A stretch of DNA of 53,239 nt, taken from Solirubrobacterales bacterium. GTDB taxonomy: Bacteria > Actinomycetota > Thermoleophilia > Solirubrobacterales > 70-9. The notes under the pieces are model-generated. The model searched no databases. It worked only from the letters and a program-made list of their open reading frames with translations, and was not told where the DNA came from. The translations under genes and the position numbers were made by a program. Location: NCBI GenBank assembly GCA_035712505.1, contig DASTAR010000024.1, positions 1-53,239 of the forward strand. The letters run 5' to 3'. Positions 51,685-53,239 of the stretch are shown here, one piece after another. The stretch's first letter is position 1. The number at the start of each line of letters is the position of its first letter.

Positions 51685-51752
51685 GGAGGGTCCGGGGAGG
51701 GTCCTCCAGACAACAGCTGGGGAGCGTCTGGAGGACCCTCCCCGGACCCTCC
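51685..51752. repeat. Family E-like palindrome H2 (perfect 27-bp arms, 14-nt loop)
   Basis: ggagggtccggggagggtcctccagac (51685-51711) is the exact reverse complement of gtctggaggaccctccccggaccctcc (51726-51752). No U-run. Ends 5 nt before the rluB GTG. Confidence 0.9.
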
Positions 51753-51756
51753 GGCC

Positions 51757-52449
51757 GTGAGGCTCGCCAAGTTCCTCGCCCATGGGGGAGTTGCCTCTCG
51801 GCGAAAAGCTGAGGAGATCATTGCCAAGGGGTTGGTGACTGTCGGTGGCGAGGTGGTGAGAGATCCGGCTCGTGATGTCGAGCCCGACGAGGCCGTGCGG
51901 GTCAACGGGGCGCTTGTGGCGGCGGAGGCGCGTGAGGTCTGGTTGGTGAACAAGCCGGTGGGGGTTGTCTCCACGGCGCGGGAGCCGGGGAGCCGGACGC
52001 CGGTGGTGGATTTGGTCGAGACGGAGGCGCGGCTGTACCCGGTGGGGCGGCTCGACGCGGATTCGAGCGGCTTGTTGCTGCTGACGAACGACGGCGAGCT
52101 GGCGAACCGCCTGACCCACCCGCGGTACGAAGTGCCGAAGACCTACGAGGCGCGGCTGAAGAAGGCGATTGCTGCTGGTGACCTGGAACGCCTGGGACGC
52201 GGGGTGGAGTTGGAGGATGGACCGACGGCGCCGACGCAGGTGAAGCGCAAGGGGGATCGCGCGATCGAGATCGTCCTGCGCGAAGGGCGGAACCGCCAGG
52301 TGCGGCGGATGCTGGAGGCGGTCGGGAACCAGGTGGTGGCACTGCGGCGGGTGGCGTTTGGGCCGCTCCGGCTGGGTGGTCTGAAGGAGGGTTCTTCAAG
52401 GCGTCTTTCGGAGGACGAGATCGCTCAGTTGCGCGAGGCGTCCGAGTAG
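51757..52449 (+). CDS. rluB: 23S rRNA pseudouridine synthase, RsuA/RluB family
   Basis: S4 domain (MRLAKFLAHGGVASRRKAEEII) and catalytic motif GRLDADSSGLLLLTNDG. Confidence 0.85.
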   Translation: MRLAKFLAHGGVASRRKAEEIIAKGLVTVGGEVVRDPARDVEPDEAVRVNGALVAAEAREVWLVNKPVGVVSTAREPGSRTPVVDLVETEARLYPVGRLDADSSGLLLLTNDGELANRLTHPRYEVPKTYEARLKKAIAAGDLERLGRGVELEDGPTAPTQVKRKGDRAIEIVLREGRNRQVRRMLEAVGNQVVALRRVAFGPLRLGGLKEGSSRRLSEDEIAQLREASE

Positions 52450-52469
52450 AAGTTCCAGCCGCTTTGGGG

Positions 52470-52519
52470 GGCGGCCAAATCCCCCTCCTACAAGCTTGTG
52501 CGAGGGGGATTTGGCCGCC
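52470..52519. terminator. Bidirectional hairpin between convergent genes (18-bp perfect arms)
   Basis: ggcggccaaatccccctc (52470-52487) pairs with gagggggatttggccgcc (52502-52519). The loop contains the palindrome acaagcttgt. Confidence 0.7.
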
Positions 52520-52566
52520 AGGAGCGGTTAGGAACTACGGGAGATGGCGCCAGGAGGGGGTTTGTC

Positions 52567-53226
52567 TCACGGCTGAGATGACGGAGCGGCTGTGGCGGAG
52601 AGGCGAGCAACGACGGTGGCGGCGATCGCCTCGGCTTCTCGCTCCGCCTGGCGGCTCGTGACACGGAGGACCGAGTAGCCGGCGCGCATCAGTTCGCGGT
52701 CACGCCAGCGGTCGCGCTCGAAGGCAACAGCGGCGCCGTGGAAGTCACGGCTGTCGGCCTCCAGGGCGAAGCGGTGGTCGGGCCAGAGGAAGTCGACCTC
52801 GATGCGGCCGCTGGCGAGCTGCACAGGTGCGTTGAAGAGCGGCGGCGGGAGGTCGCGGCGGACGATCAGCGGCAGCACCTTTGCCTCCAGCGGACTCTTG
52901 AGCTTCCCGCGCTTGCCGAGGAGCGGCGCCGCCCCGCGCCACTCGTCGATCAGCTTCAGCAGGGCCTTCATCCCACGGCGCCTCGGATCGATTGAGGCTT
53001 CAATCGCCGCGAGGTCGAGCATTTCCAGCCGAGCCGCTCGCTCGAAGGCGCTCCGCAGCGTCCATTCGCCCACGACGCCCGCGAGGTCAACCTGCGTCCG
53101 CGCCGGGCTGGTGCAGGGGATGTCGTCGAACGTCCCGGTCTCCTCGAGCCGCGGCGGGCGCACGCGGTGCAAGCGGATGCCGTCGATCTTCCGCCCACGT
53201 GAGCGGGGAGCGATCAGGTCGATCAC
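52567..53226 (-). CDS. DUF559 (Vsr-like endonuclease fold) domain protein, probably 5'-truncated by the window edge
   Basis: C-terminal EVDFLWPDHRFALEADSRDFHG...DRWRDRELMRAGYSVLRV matches DUF559. The reading frame stays open to the window end. Confidence 0.7.
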   Translation of the reverse strand: MIDLIAPRSRGRKIDGIRLHRVRPPRLEETGTFDDIPCTSPARTQVDLAGVVGEWTLRSAFERAARLEMLDLAAIEASIDPRRRGMKALLKLIDEWRGAAPLLGKRGKLKSPLEAKVLPLIVRRDLPPPLFNAPVQLASGRIEVDFLWPDHRFALEADSRDFHGAAVAFERDRWRDRELMRAGYSVLRVTSRQAEREAEAIAATVVARLSATAAPSSQP

Positions 53227-53239
53227 AACCGGTCCCTCA

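Overview
High-GC, actinobacterium-like chromosomal window. Assigning it to a deep-branching Actinomycetota lineage is inference only. No rRNA, tRNA or CRISPR was seen. Gene content in order: (1) a cobalamin riboswitch in front of an ECF-type uptake operon (two DUF4430 secreted proteins, EcfT, a fused double ATPase, and an S-component-like domain fused to an alpha/alpha-toroid domain). (2) A small coiled-coil membrane protein, a nitroreductase, glpD, a degenerate truncated Rho paralog, an orphan gene, a PHP-type phosphatase and a PfkB kinase. (3) A minimal Tad/Flp-like secretion locus (DUF192, OmpR-type regulator, ArsR regulator, small histidine kinase, CpaB, CpaF, TadB, TadC) with no recognisable pilin. 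(4) A complete dcw cluster (mraZ rsmH ftsL ftsI murE murF mraY, then murD ftsW murG murC murB ftsQ ftsZ), split between mraY and murD by a 1.8-kb insert that carries a hydrolase, an AT-rich candidate ncRNA and a coiled-coil membrane protein. (5) gcvT-gcvH-gcvPA-gcvPB. (6) Ku plus a stand-alone LigD polymerase domain. (7) FetA/FetB-like ABC pair and a DHA2 MFS pump. (8) A 3.1-kb lower-GC accessory cassette bounded by long imperfect inverted repeats, carrying an unknown+XRE pair, an IS5-superfamily transposase, and a DUF3467-like/antitoxin/RelE operon. (9) trpS, scpA, scpB, rluB and a DUF559 gene. The main signal not explained by gene annotation is several families of short palindromic elements: Family A (17-bp arms, 5-nt loop, 4 copies, two translated in frame inside genes); Family B (GACGGGACGA...TCGTCCCGTC, 3 copies at intercistronic junctions); a unique 35-bp in-frame palindrome in the ECF ATPase; Family D (2 copies at convergent junctions); and Family E (27-28-bp GC-rich arms), whose arm sequence recurs in the outer blocks of the inverted repeats bounding the cassette. 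Best candidates for undescribed biology: the IR-bounded cassette and its possible link to Family E, the in-frame palindromic insertions, the interrupted dcw cluster with its candidate RNA, and the riboswitch-gated split-transcobalamin-like uptake operon.
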